From the NCBI GenBank assembly GCA_965248755.1, contig OZ252149.1, forward strand, positions 3,712,001-3,776,000: DNA of 64,000 nt, in the 5' to 3' direction. The notes under the pieces are model-generated. The model was given only the letters and a program-made list of their open reading frames with translations. It did no database searches and was not told the DNA's origin. The stretch is from Candidatus Latescibacterota bacterium (GTDB taxonomy: Bacteria; Latescibacterota; CBDEFO01). Positions 11,318-20,488 of the stretch are shown here, piece after piece (position 1 is the stretch's first letter; every line of letters starts with the position of its first letter). A program made the position numbers and the translations under genes.

Positions 11318-12345
11318 AGCTCTTTTCTGTCTCGTCATTTGCAATGGTGGCCCTGCTCGCCTTGACCGGTTTTGTTATCACCCATACGACGGGAGAGACA
11401 GAGGTGGGTGTTCGAACCCACAAAGTCTCTTTTTTCGGCCAGAAGGGCGTTGAAGACCGGGTCTACGCTCCGGGCTCCACCTACTTTTTCCTTCCGTTTA
11501 TCAATGACTGGCATGTGTTTGACACCAAACTGCAGAACCTGGAGATGACGTATTTACCAATGAGAGGCGACCGCAGAACCAGAGACGACCTGCTGTTAAA
11601 AACAATTGACGGTAACGACATCCATCTCGACGTTATCATTGCCTATCGCATTGATGCGAACAAGGCCCACCATATTCTCCAGTACGTAGCTGATGACGAC
11701 CTCACCTTACGGGAGAAAATTGTTCGAACCGTTGCCCGAAGCAAACCACGAGACATCTTCGGTGAACTCAAAACGGAAGCGTTCTATGTGGCCGATGCTC
11801 GCGAGAGGCAAGCCAATAAAGCCAAAAAGGCGCTTCAGAACATCCTGGGCCCCATGGGCATTATAGTGGAAAAAGTGCTGACCAAGGACTATCGTTTCAA
11901 TCCTGCGTATCAGAAGGCCATCGAGGACAAGAAGGTGGCCGATCAGCAGGTGGAGAAGAACAGGTCTGCCCAGCACGCAGCCCTGGAAGAATACAAACGC
12001 AAACTGGAAGAGGCCCGGGGTAAGGTCAATCAGATGGTGGCCAACGCCGATGGTGACTACCTTAAGGCTAAGATTAAGGCCGATGTGTACGAAGAGCAGC
12101 AACAGCTCCTTGCCAAGGCCATTAAGGTCGAAGGGATTGCGGAAGCGAACGGTATACAGGAAATGAACAAGGCCCTTGCCGGATCGGGTGGCGAAGCGAT
12201 TGTGAAACTAAGAATCGCTGAAGCGATTCAAGGAAAGCGTATCGTGCTGCTGCCTGTGTCAGAGGGTGGGATGAATCTCAAGACCACAGATATCAACGGG
12301 CTAATCCAAATGTTAGGCATCAAAGCGCTCTCCAAAGCGCGATGA
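11314..12345 (+). CDS. SPFH/Band-7 domain protein (second of a coupled pair)
   Basis: 4-bp overlap with previous gene; EVGVRT, KTIDGN.I.LDV, coiled-coil tail. Confidence 0.82.
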   Translation: MKLFSVSSFAMVALLALTGFVITHTTGETEVGVRTHKVSFFGQKGVEDRVYAPGSTYFFLPFINDWHVFDTKLQNLEMTYLPMRGDRRTRDDLLLKTIDGNDIHLDVIIAYRIDANKAHHILQYVADDDLTLREKIVRTVARSKPRDIFGELKTEAFYVADARERQANKAKKALQNILGPMGIIVEKVLTKDYRFNPAYQKAIEDKKVADQQVEKNRSAQHAALEEYKRKLEEARGKVNQMVANADGDYLKAKIKADVYEEQQQLLAKAIKVEGIAEANGIQEMNKALAGSGGEAIVKLRIAEAIQGKRIVLLPVSEGGMNLKTTDINGLIQMLGIKALSKAR

Positions 12346-12572
12346 CGGTGGTGATTGTAGATTTAGCTCCAAACTTTACCAGCATATCCTTGAGCAGGTA
12401 GCGATGGCAGAACAAATCTGCCCGGCAATAGCAGGCAAGGATCATGTTGAGGACCTCATCCCACGTTTGCCTGTTATCATGATAGCTCTCCCGCATCATC
12501 TTATAATATTCATGTTAGAATATCTCGAGAGTGCTTTAGCCGTTTGTAGTCTCAATCCGAGGAGAATCACGA

Positions 12573-13724
12573 GTGCCAGATGTTCAAGTCATAGTCGAAG
12601 CTGGAGATCAAGATAGGGAATTCTGCCCAGTTATGGCGGAATTAGATAGCAAGCCAAACTTTGTTCAGCTTCAGTCGCTGGAGACCGGAGGCGTTATCCC
12701 CGCTCAGGTTCAAAGATCTAGCGACGGGGCGGCGACGGTTATCCGCTGGATAGTCGAAGACCTCAAAGCTGGAGAACGGGAAAACTATATCCTCCTAATG
12801 GATGTGCCCCCCGGAGGGAAAGAGGGCGTAAGTGTAAATTATATCCCCGACCAAAAGATCGAATTCCACATAGATGGAGAACTCTTTACGTCCTACTGCT
12901 TTGCAGAAGAGCTTTCAAGGCCCTATCTTTATCCTTTAATAGGGCCCTGTGGTGATCCTGTAACCAGGAGACTTGCCACGCCAGAGGACACAGACGACGA
13001 GGAGATGGACCATCATCACCATCGGGGCATCTGGGTGGCCTACGGCGATGCCGACGGCACGGACAACTGGGGAGAGGGGGAAGGATACGGTAAGACAGTA
13101 CACACGGAATTTGAATCCGTAGAAGAAGGGCCTGTCTTTTCTCGAATTTCCGCCAAGAGCGACTGGGTGTCAAAGGACGAAACTAAGATAATGGAGGAGA
13201 GAAGGGTTCATACAATCTACAGGCTCCCACAGGGCTTCAGAGCCATAGATATGGAGATCAGGTTCACAGCCACGGGGAAAGACATCCGCTTCGGAGATAC
13301 CGAAGAGGGAGGAATAGCCTCGATAAGGGTCGTGCCCAGCTTGGAAGTCAGACGCGGGGGAAAGATGCAAAACTCTCGTGGGGAGATAAACGAAAAAGAG
13401 ATGTGGGGAAAGGAGGCTGAATGGTGCGACTACTCCGGCCCTGTGGAAGGCAAAACAGTGGGAATTGCCATATTTGAATCACCCCAAAGTTTTCGGCATC
13501 CGACCCGCTGGCACGCAAGAGACTACGGCCTTTTGACGACAAATCCCTTTGCAGTTGGAACGTTTACGGGCGATCTCAATAAAAGAGGCGACTACATATT
13601 GAAGCAAGGGGAGTCTATAGATTTCTACTACCGCTTCTACATACACAAAGGGGATGCAACCGAAGGGAAGGTAGCGGAGAAATACAGAGACTTCGTCAAT
13701 CCACCCGAGGTATATGTGGGGTAA
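12573..13724 (+). CDS. DUF6807 ('PmoA-family' label) protein
   Basis: RPYLYPL, DHHHHRGIW, WCDYSG, HPTRWHARDYGL motifs; GGAG RBS before GTG. Confidence 0.7.
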   Translation: MPDVQVIVEAGDQDREFCPVMAELDSKPNFVQLQSLETGGVIPAQVQRSSDGAATVIRWIVEDLKAGERENYILLMDVPPGGKEGVSVNYIPDQKIEFHIDGELFTSYCFAEELSRPYLYPLIGPCGDPVTRRLATPEDTDDEEMDHHHHRGIWVAYGDADGTDNWGEGEGYGKTVHTEFESVEEGPVFSRISAKSDWVSKDETKIMEERRVHTIYRLPQGFRAIDMEIRFTATGKDIRFGDTEEGGIASIRVVPSLEVRRGGKMQNSRGEINEKEMWGKEAEWCDYSGPVEGKTVGIAIFESPQSFRHPTRWHARDYGLLTTNPFAVGTFTGDLNKRGDYILKQGESIDFYYRFYIHKGDATEGKVAEKYRDFVNPPEVYVG

Positions 13725-13863
13725 GGAAAATATGCTTACCGATTCACAGGGTCGGAAACTATATGATCACACCAACGTCTAAGTAGAATAGATTGGAACG
13801 TCAGTCCAAAGAGCGTCCTTTGCCGGGAGGGACGATTAAGTTTCAAAGTTAAGGAGAAATAAT

Positions 13864-14892
13864 ATGCTTCAAGTTCTACTATCCCTCCGAGTAAAGTTCC
13901 TGTTGGCCCTTCTTCTGCTGATCTCAGGCGCTGCGAGCATATTGTTCGTCTCTCTATCTGAGGGCAGGAACAGAGATATAGTATATGTCCTCCCCAAGGA
14001 CGCAATCCCGGCTATCACAGATCCCGGATTTATCTCTGCCAAGGAGGCTGAGGTCGAAGGCGACTCACCCTTTATAGGAGTCACTTTCAACGACGAAAGC
14101 CACGCCTATTCTATGAACATCCTCAACCGCCACGAAATTGTAAATGACGTTGTAGGTGGAGAGGAAATAGCCACAACGTGGTGACCGCTCTGCGGCACGG
14201 CTATAGTCTATAGCCGAAGACTTGAGGGAGGTACATATACGTTTGGAGTCTCCGGAAAGCTCTACAAGAATGGTCTTGTTATGTACGATCATCAGACCGA
14301 AACTCTATGGTCCCAGCTCACAGGCCAAGCCATAGAGGGGCCTCTGGTGGGCAGACAGCTCAAGATGCTGGCCGCTATGCCCAAGATGAGATGGCAAGAC
14401 TGGATAAATGCGTACCCGGAAACGCAGGTGCTGGTCGTAAATGGGAGGTCAGATTCAAGGTACGATTCTTACGAGGACTACCATCGCTCCGGAAGGACAG
14501 GGCTTGGGTCGCCTCAAAATACAGATCGCCGCGTCGGATCCAAGGATATGGTGATAGGCGTCGTGGTTGACGGTCACTACAAGGCATATCCCTTTAAGGC
14601 CTTCAGAAAGACCACGACTATACGGGACGAGTTTGCCGGAAGGAGGCTCATCGTCTTTTACGACGAAGATTCAAACGCGACAGCGGTATATGACGGGGCG
14701 TTTGACGGGCAACTGTTGGCATTTGACGAAATCACAGAGGGTTCAACAGCCAGCGATAGTAACACCGGGAACCTCTGGAACCTCGTAACCGGCAGGAACA
14801 CAGCAGGCGAAAGCCTCGAACGGATTCCCCATATGAACGTCTATTGGTTCGCCTGGTACGACTTTCATCCAGAGACGCAGTTGTATAAATAG
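13864..14892 (+). CDS. DUF3179-family probable selenoprotein (342 aa if UGA 14182-14184 is Sec)
   Basis: ORFs 13864-14184 and 14281-14892 share a frame separated by one TGA; read-through gives HEIVND...TTW-U-PLCGTAIVY...FGVSGKLY..MYD.QTETLWSQ. Confidence 0.85.
14198..14216 (+). promoter_or_regulatory. Putative bacterial SECIS hairpin
   Basis: CGGCTATA-GTC-TATAGCCG perfect 8-bp stem; loop G is 22 nt after the UGA. Confidence 0.7.
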
Positions 14893-15121
14893 TAGAACAG
14901 TAGTCCCCGATAGATTCAATTGGGGGTGGACAGTAGACAGGGGCACTGCTTCCCCTCCCACCAGATTGCTTCGGGGTGCAGCTCCTCGCAATGACTAGGG
15001 GTCTGGACAAGTACTGTCATTGCAAGCGACAGCGAAGCGATCTCGTAGACAGTAGTTGTGGGTTGCGCACGGGGAGTCCCTGTCTACTGTTTGCTGATTA
15101 CTTACACAGGGAGATAAGGAA

Positions 15122-16276
15122 TTGAGAAGGGTCTATTTAGATCACAACGCTACAACACCTGTGCATCCGGAAGCTCTGGAGGCTATGCTCTTATACTACA
15201 GGGAGCACTACGGCAACGCCTCCAGCATACACGCCTTCGGGAGAGATGCCAGAGCCGCAGTAGATGAGTCTCGCGAGACCATAGCCAGTGCCATAAACGC
15301 TAACTTTGGGGAGATATACTTCACAAGCGGAGGTACCGAGTCCGACAACCTGGCCATAAAGGGCACAGCGTTATATAACAGAGATAGGGGAAAGCACATA
15401 ATCACAAGCTCAGTAGAACACCACGCCGTCCTTCACTCGTGCGAGTACCTCGAAAAGGAGGGCTTTGAGGTTACGTATCTCCCTGTGGACAGAGACGCTG
15501 TTGTGGACCCGGACGACTTCAAAAAAGCCATAAGAGTCGATACCGTCCTGATCACCTTAATGCACGCCAACAACGAAGTCGGGGCCATTCAGCCCGTAAG
15601 CCAGATAGGCCGGATAGCAAGAGAAAGGGGCATCCCGTTTCACACAGATGCTGTGCAGTCCTTTGCCAAACTCCCGATAGATGTGGAGCAAATGAACATA
15701 GACCTCCTCTCTCTTTCAGGGCACAAGATCTATGGCCCGAAGGGGATCGGTGTTCTCTATATCCGGGAGGGAATAAAGCTAACGCCCCTTTCGCACGGCG
15801 GAGAACATGAAGGTAACAAAAGGGCAGGCACGGAAAACGTGCCCGCTATAGCAGGACTCGGCAGGGCCGCCGAGCTATGTCTTAAAGGTATGGATGCGGA
15901 ATATAAGCGGCTGAAAGCTCTAAAAGAGAGGCTCTATAGACTAATAACCGATGAGATAGGAGATGTGATACTCAACGGGTCCCTTGAAAATTCTCTGCCT
16001 AATACGCTGAATCTCTCATTTACCGCCGCAGAGGGCGAATCTCTCATAATAAGCCTCGATCTGGAAGGCGTTGCTCTTTCCAGCGGATCGGCCTGCAGCG
16101 CGGGAGTCGAGCAACCCTCGCACGTCCTTTTAGCTATGGGCCTCGAACCTCGCCTTGCCGAGTGCTCCGTTCGTTTCAGCCTCGGAAGGGACAACACTCT
16201 TGAGGACATAGAATACACAGCAAGCGTGCTTTCTCCCATAGTCAAAAGACTCAGGGAGATCTCAGTGTTCGCCTGA
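15122..16276 (+). CDS. iscS: Cysteine desulfurase, IscS/NifS type
   Basis: YLDHNATTP, SGHKIYGPKG (PLP lysine), SSGSACS group-I motif. Confidence 0.9.
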   Translation: MRRVYLDHNATTPVHPEALEAMLLYYREHYGNASSIHAFGRDARAAVDESRETIASAINANFGEIYFTSGGTESDNLAIKGTALYNRDRGKHIITSSVEHHAVLHSCEYLEKEGFEVTYLPVDRDAVVDPDDFKKAIRVDTVLITLMHANNEVGAIQPVSQIGRIARERGIPFHTDAVQSFAKLPIDVEQMNIDLLSLSGHKIYGPKGIGVLYIREGIKLTPLSHGGEHEGNKRAGTENVPAIAGLGRAAELCLKGMDAEYKRLKALKERLYRLITDEIGDVILNGSLENSLPNTLNLSFTAAEGESLIISLDLEGVALSSGSACSAGVEQPSHVLLAMGLEPRLAECSVRFSLGRDNTLEDIEYTASVLSPIVKRLREISVFA

Positions 16277-16374
16277 GACTTGATCTTGCAGGAGTCGCCG
16301 CTTTCGTCATCTTATGACTATGTGTCAGTTGAGAAGGCGCTCTACATTTCATTTGAGAAGATGCTCTACAATGG

Positions 16375-16842
16375 CTATTTCAGACTCATAAGATAATCCA
16401 CTGTAGAATTCAGACGCTCCTGGGGAACAGTAAGGTAGCTCGGCATCTTTGCTTCGGGATTATCGAACTTGGGATCCTTCAGATACGTCAAGAACCATAG
16501 CCTTACCTTCTCCTTTCCCTGCTCTTGTCCAAGTCGAGCATAGGTGTCTTTATGCCTTTGATATATCCTGCTGTTACTCTCCTTTATCTTTTCTAGCCTG
16601 TCCCAGTATTCCTTCGAATTCAGGCGATTCTGTATCTTGGTGGCCACGTGCGTCAGAGCGGGAGCTCTTTTTCCGCCTCTTCCATTTACGCTGTGGCACG
16701 ACGTGCATCCCAGAGCCTTGAAGTTCCATGCTCCCTTCTCAAGTGGGGTTGTGTGCTCCGGCTCTCCTGATAGCTTTGCTAATACGAGGACAATAACCAC
16801 CAAGCCTGCGGATATCCCAGCAAATAACCATACTTTTTTCAT
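16375..16842 (-). CDS. Membrane-anchored c-type cytochrome
   Basis: N-terminal TM helix, CTSCH heme motif, distal KMP. Confidence 0.8.
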   Translation of the reverse strand: MKKVWLFAGISAGLVVIVLVLAKLSGEPEHTTPLEKGAWNFKALGCTSCHSVNGRGGKRAPALTHVATKIQNRLNSKEYWDRLEKIKESNSRIYQRHKDTYARLGQEQGKEKVRLWFLTYLKDPKFDNPEAKMPSYLTVPQERLNSTVDYLMSLK

Positions 16843-16982
16843 AGAGATTTCACTTTCGAGAAGCTACTGTCAGGTCAAAATAGTACGTACAAACTATAGA
16901 AATGCACAATAGTAGGCACGTTCCCGATTGAGTCTATCGGGGATCGCCCCTACATTGGATCCCAACTTGAGGCGACCTATGA

Positions 16983-17882
16983 TCACAGTTGTCTAACAGG
17001 ATTGGAAAGGACGCCTATATTCTCTATCTCTATCTCCACACGGTCGCCCTCCTTGAGGGCAAGGTCGTTGGGAACCATTATCCCTGTGCCGGTCGATACG
17101 GCAGTCCCCACCGGTATATAGTTATCCCTTAGAAGATATTCGGTCAGCTCCTCCAATTTCCTGTCTAAGAGAGAGGAACTGACGGATTCCTCAAACGCCA
17201 TCTTCCCGCCTTTGAATATGCGGCATGAGATATTCAGATCGTAGGGATCTTCTATCTCAGACGAAGTTACAAGTACAGGCCCCAGGGCACAGCAGCCGAG
17301 ATATATCTTGGACTGAGGGAGATAGAGGGGATTGTCTCTTTCTATATCCCACGCGGAAACGTCGTTGCAGACGGTGTATCCGACAATTTGACCATCTTTT
17401 CCAAGGACGTATGCTAATTCAGCTTCTACGGCTGTGATACTGGAGTCGCTGCGTATGCAGATGCAGCCGTTGGGACCGACGCACCTTTCGGGGGTGGCTT
17501 TGAAGAAGAGTTCCGGCCTTTGGCTGTTATAGACCCTGGCGTATATGTCCTCTTGAGCATCTCTATCCCTTTCGTCGGCGCTCCTCTTGTACGTCACTCC
17601 AAAGGCCCAGACCTCAGGCGGATATAGCGGAATCTCAAGATAGGCTTTGGAACTATCGGGGGCGACGTTTAGTTCGGCGTAGGAGAATTCATCAGCGTCT
17701 TTTCCGTTCAGAGCACCCTCTACAATCTCCTCAATGGCCAGATCATCGTCACAGCTCTTTATCAATATATCGTTGACTGTGCTAAGCCCAGAATCAGCCG
17801 AGGTTATATCCTTTATAGTATCGCCTTCTAAGATGCCTGCTCTGACCCCGGAATCGGGCAGATGAAATTGAACTAGTTTCAT
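16983..17882 (-). CDS. Fumarylacetoacetate hydrolase family protein
   Basis: RPELFFKA, EAELA, NDVSAWDIE..NPLYLPQSK, STGTG; AGGAG RBS before ATG at 17882. Confidence 0.88.
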   Translation of the reverse strand: MKLVQFHLPDSGVRAGILEGDTIKDITSADSGLSTVNDILIKSCDDDLAIEEIVEGALNGKDADEFSYAELNVAPDSSKAYLEIPLYPPEVWAFGVTYKRSADERDRDAQEDIYARVYNSQRPELFFKATPERCVGPNGCICIRSDSSITAVEAELAYVLGKDGQIVGYTVCNDVSAWDIERDNPLYLPQSKIYLGCCALGPVLVTSSEIEDPYDLNISCRIFKGGKMAFEESVSSSLLDRKLEELTEYLLRDNYIPVGTAVSTGTGIMVPNDLALKEGDRVEIEIENIGVLSNPVRQL

Positions 17883-18047
17883 TGTGTTTGCTCCTATGCT
17901 CAAGCCGCATTTTCAAAAGCTCTGTGAATCCCTACCAAACGTGGAAGGATCTTAACAATTACACACTTACATGCATGACTAGCGAAAGTGAACAGAGGCA
18001 TGAAACACTTGGTGAGGAGTTCCTTGATGTTTCTGACAGTGCGTGAG

Positions 18048-18289
18048 TTAGGCAGAATGTGACTTGATCTTCAATCGCTCCCAGTAATTGCTCATGCTTA
18101 CATACGATTCCTTATCAACACTCTTCAAATACTTCAACCAACCACCTACAGAGTTTTCGCTTGTATACTTGCTGTCCTTGCTCAAGTCGAATAGGAGATG
18201 ATGCATAACAGCTCTCATTTGTCTTTTCTTCTTTCGCCCAATACCGATTTTGGGTTCAGAGCTATTCTTAACCAGCCCGGTGATCGAAC
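18048..18289 (-). pseudogene. C-terminal part of the retron reverse transcriptase, separated by IS3
   Basis: Open frame SITGLVKNSSEPKIGIGRKKKRQMRA...GWLKYLKSVDKESY...KSHSA*; ITG is the retron region-Y (VTG) motif; not in the ORF track. Confidence 0.88.
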
Positions 18290-18318
18290 TGTACTGCCCC
18301 CCAGAAAAGCGACATCAA

Positions 18319-19204
18319 TTAAGCAACTTGGGGTAGCAGATAAAATTGTTTTCTCCACTCTTCCGGGGTCTTGTATCCCAGAGATGAATGAAGCCAGTTC
18401 TTGTTGTAATTATCGATCCACTGAGATATGATCTTCTCAGCTTGTTCAAAGGACTTGAAATTGTGAAGCCACACACACTCCTGCTTGAGGGTCCTGAAAA
18501 AACGTTCTATGACCCCGTTCCAATCGGCCTTTCCGCTCGGAATATATTCTTGACGAATGTCCCAATATTCGGTACTTGCCAAATAGGTCCGAGACAAAAA
18601 GATGGAGCCGTTGTCAGAGCGCAAAGTGAGACCCTGGGGGACAGCCTCCTTAGGAAGTGTATCGAGAGATCACGGCCCGATCCAGGGCATCTGTGGCCTC
18701 CAGTGCCCTCCCTTTTCGACTAAAACGATACCCGGGGAACCTCCCGACTCCCGTTGTCCACCACCGCAATAAGAGGACACCAACCATCTTCCCCACAATA
18801 GATCTTGGTCAAGTCAGCCGACCAGAGACTGTCAGGACGATCCATCACAGAACGCTTCTGGGCAACCTGTGGCCCCTTTCTCCCGGGGTCCCCGATTGAT
18901 TCTATCGGGGATTCCACAGCTTACACTGCCACCCCTTAAGCTTCATTATCCTATGAACCTTCTTGATGTTGACATATGCCCCTTCCTTGAAACGAAGATG
19001 CGCCCAAACCCGCCTGTGACCAAATGCCTCTTCTTGGTCGAGTATCCCTCGAATACGAAAAGCAAGCTGTTCATCTATCACAGACTCTTCGACAGAAGAA
19101 CTGACACCTCTATACCTAAGCCTACACAGAGTCGAACGATGCAAACCCAAAGCCAAAGCTACCACCTTCCGGGAATAGCCTCGACCCAAAAACCGCTCAC
19201 TCAA
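18319..19204 (-). pseudogene. IS3-family OrfB (DDE integrase), disrupted
   Basis: Broken by the 21-bp palindrome at 18890-18910 and by frameshifts near 18735 and 18650. Confidence 0.82.
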
Positions 19205-19530
19205 GGCAACCGCTTCGTTTTTTTTAGACGGGCTACCTCCTCGAGTATCTCCAACTGGAGGGTTAAGTGCCCTACCTTACGCTCCAACCGGCTGACCTCC
19301 CGCTCCTTCGCATCCTTGCGACCACGCCGAGACTTCAGACTCTCCTGGCCTCCTTCCAAGAAACTATCACGCCAAGCATACGCCTGTGACTGGCTAATTC
19401 CATTCTTCCAACACACCTCTGATACATTCGCTCCTTTCAAAACAGCCAACACCACCTCTACCTTACGGGTCGCCGTCCAGCGCTTACCATCTTTCACTTC
19501 GGGGCTTGACACCTTGACCTCCTTTCTCAA
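19201..19530 (-). CDS. IS3-family transposase OrfA (HTH)
   Basis: KRWTATRKVEVVL...VSEVCWKNGIS...AW, leucine-zipper-like tail. Confidence 0.85.
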   Translation of the reverse strand: MRKEVKVSSPEVKDGKRWTATRKVEVVLAVLKGANVSEVCWKNGISQSQAYAWRDSFLEGGQESLKSRRGRKDAKEREVSRLERKVGHLTLQLEILEEVARLKKTKRLP

Positions 19531-19577
19531 ACCCCAATTTGCAAAATATTTGTCGCCCTGTCAAGGGGAGCGGTATG

Positions 19578-20284
19578 GAACATCTCTTTCTTGGGCCTAG
19601 GACCCTTAATTTATCAAGATTGAGTTTAAAGTGTTCCGACTTAATAATCTTCAAAACTATGGACAACGATTGGCAAAGCACTTTTGGATTATTTGAAGAG
19701 AAGGTTAAGTCATCTGCGTACCTAGTATATATAATATTTCTTCTCGATGTATAACCTGCAATTCTTCTATCAAGTTTCGCTGCAATTAGATTTGATAATG
19801 AGGGGGAAGTAACAGCACCCTGGGGTAAGTTGCCATCGCAAGTACAAAGATTGGCAAGAGTAGGGGCAGCCTTATTGGAATATCCAATGAGTGAGAACAC
19901 TTTTGCCACACGTCTTATCGAAATGGAAGGAAAAAAATCTTCTAGATCCAAACATATGAAGTATCTGTTGTTACTATGAGGAGATACATTCCCCAAAATG
20001 CCCCTTTGTAGAATGTAAGCCGTAGCATATGGGGAAGGACTTAGCTTATCTAGAATATTTCTGAGTATCCAAGCCTGTATTCCCTTCAAATCTTTTCTGG
20101 GTTGTCTGATTTCGCGCAAAGTACCATTCGATTTCGGTATCGAATACCTTTTGTAGTATCTGCGTGAAAACTCACTAAGCATTACAACCAGCCCTCTGTC
20201 AACGTGCATCAACTCTGCCAGTTCCTTTTGATCAGAGAACACAGGTAGATCCATTAGTCTCAACAGTGCGAAATTACTATTCAT
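19578..20284 (-). pseudogene. Retron reverse transcriptase (Ec86/St85-like), N-terminal part; 314 aa when the IS is removed
   Basis: IPKSNG..REI..P, region-X-like NVSPH, DLEDFFPSI, LPQGAVTSP.LSN, YTRYADDLTFS; rejoins in frame with 18285-18048. Confidence 0.92.
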
Positions 20285-20285
20285 T

Positions 20286-20488
20286 AGAATTTATGGGGCG
20301 AAACAAAAGTCACTTACTCAAAGCATCGCGCAGCGACATGAAATCACGACCTGATGTCGCCTTGAACGGTTTTCTTCAGAAAACCGTTCGAACAGTAATG
20401 GGTCAGTTTACATCCGGAGTGGCGAAACACCACTCAGCTCGTCAGATGACAAGCCTGACTAAGATCATTTTGTTTCACCCCATATTCT
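20286..20488 (-). ncRNA. Retron msr-msd non-coding RNA
   Basis: 17-bp terminal inverted repeat (20468-20484 with 20292-20308, one G-U); CUUAG branch-site context (G at 20459); two msr hairpins (about 20437-20454 and 20417-20435); two msd hairpins (20364-20389, 20333-20360). Confidence 0.88.

Larger units (their letters stand above)
18290..19577 (-). mobile_element. IS3-family insertion sequence (1288 bp), degenerate
   Basis: 4-bp duplication GAAC (18286-18289, 19578-19581); imperfect terminal IRs ending GCGACA; orfA 19530-19201, A8 slippery run 19218-19225, orfB fragments with WSADLT, SDNGS, NGVIERFFRTLKQE. Confidence 0.92.

Noticed and set aside
12573..13724. Methane monooxygenase subunit
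   Set aside because: The 'PmoA' family label is misleading; the protein is not polytopic and there is no pmoCAB context
19484..20284. RT as a group II intron or diversity-generating retroelement enzyme
   Set aside because: Short (314 aa) with no maturase or endonuclease domain, no TR/VR pair with adenine-specific mismatches, and clear msr/msd plus effector context
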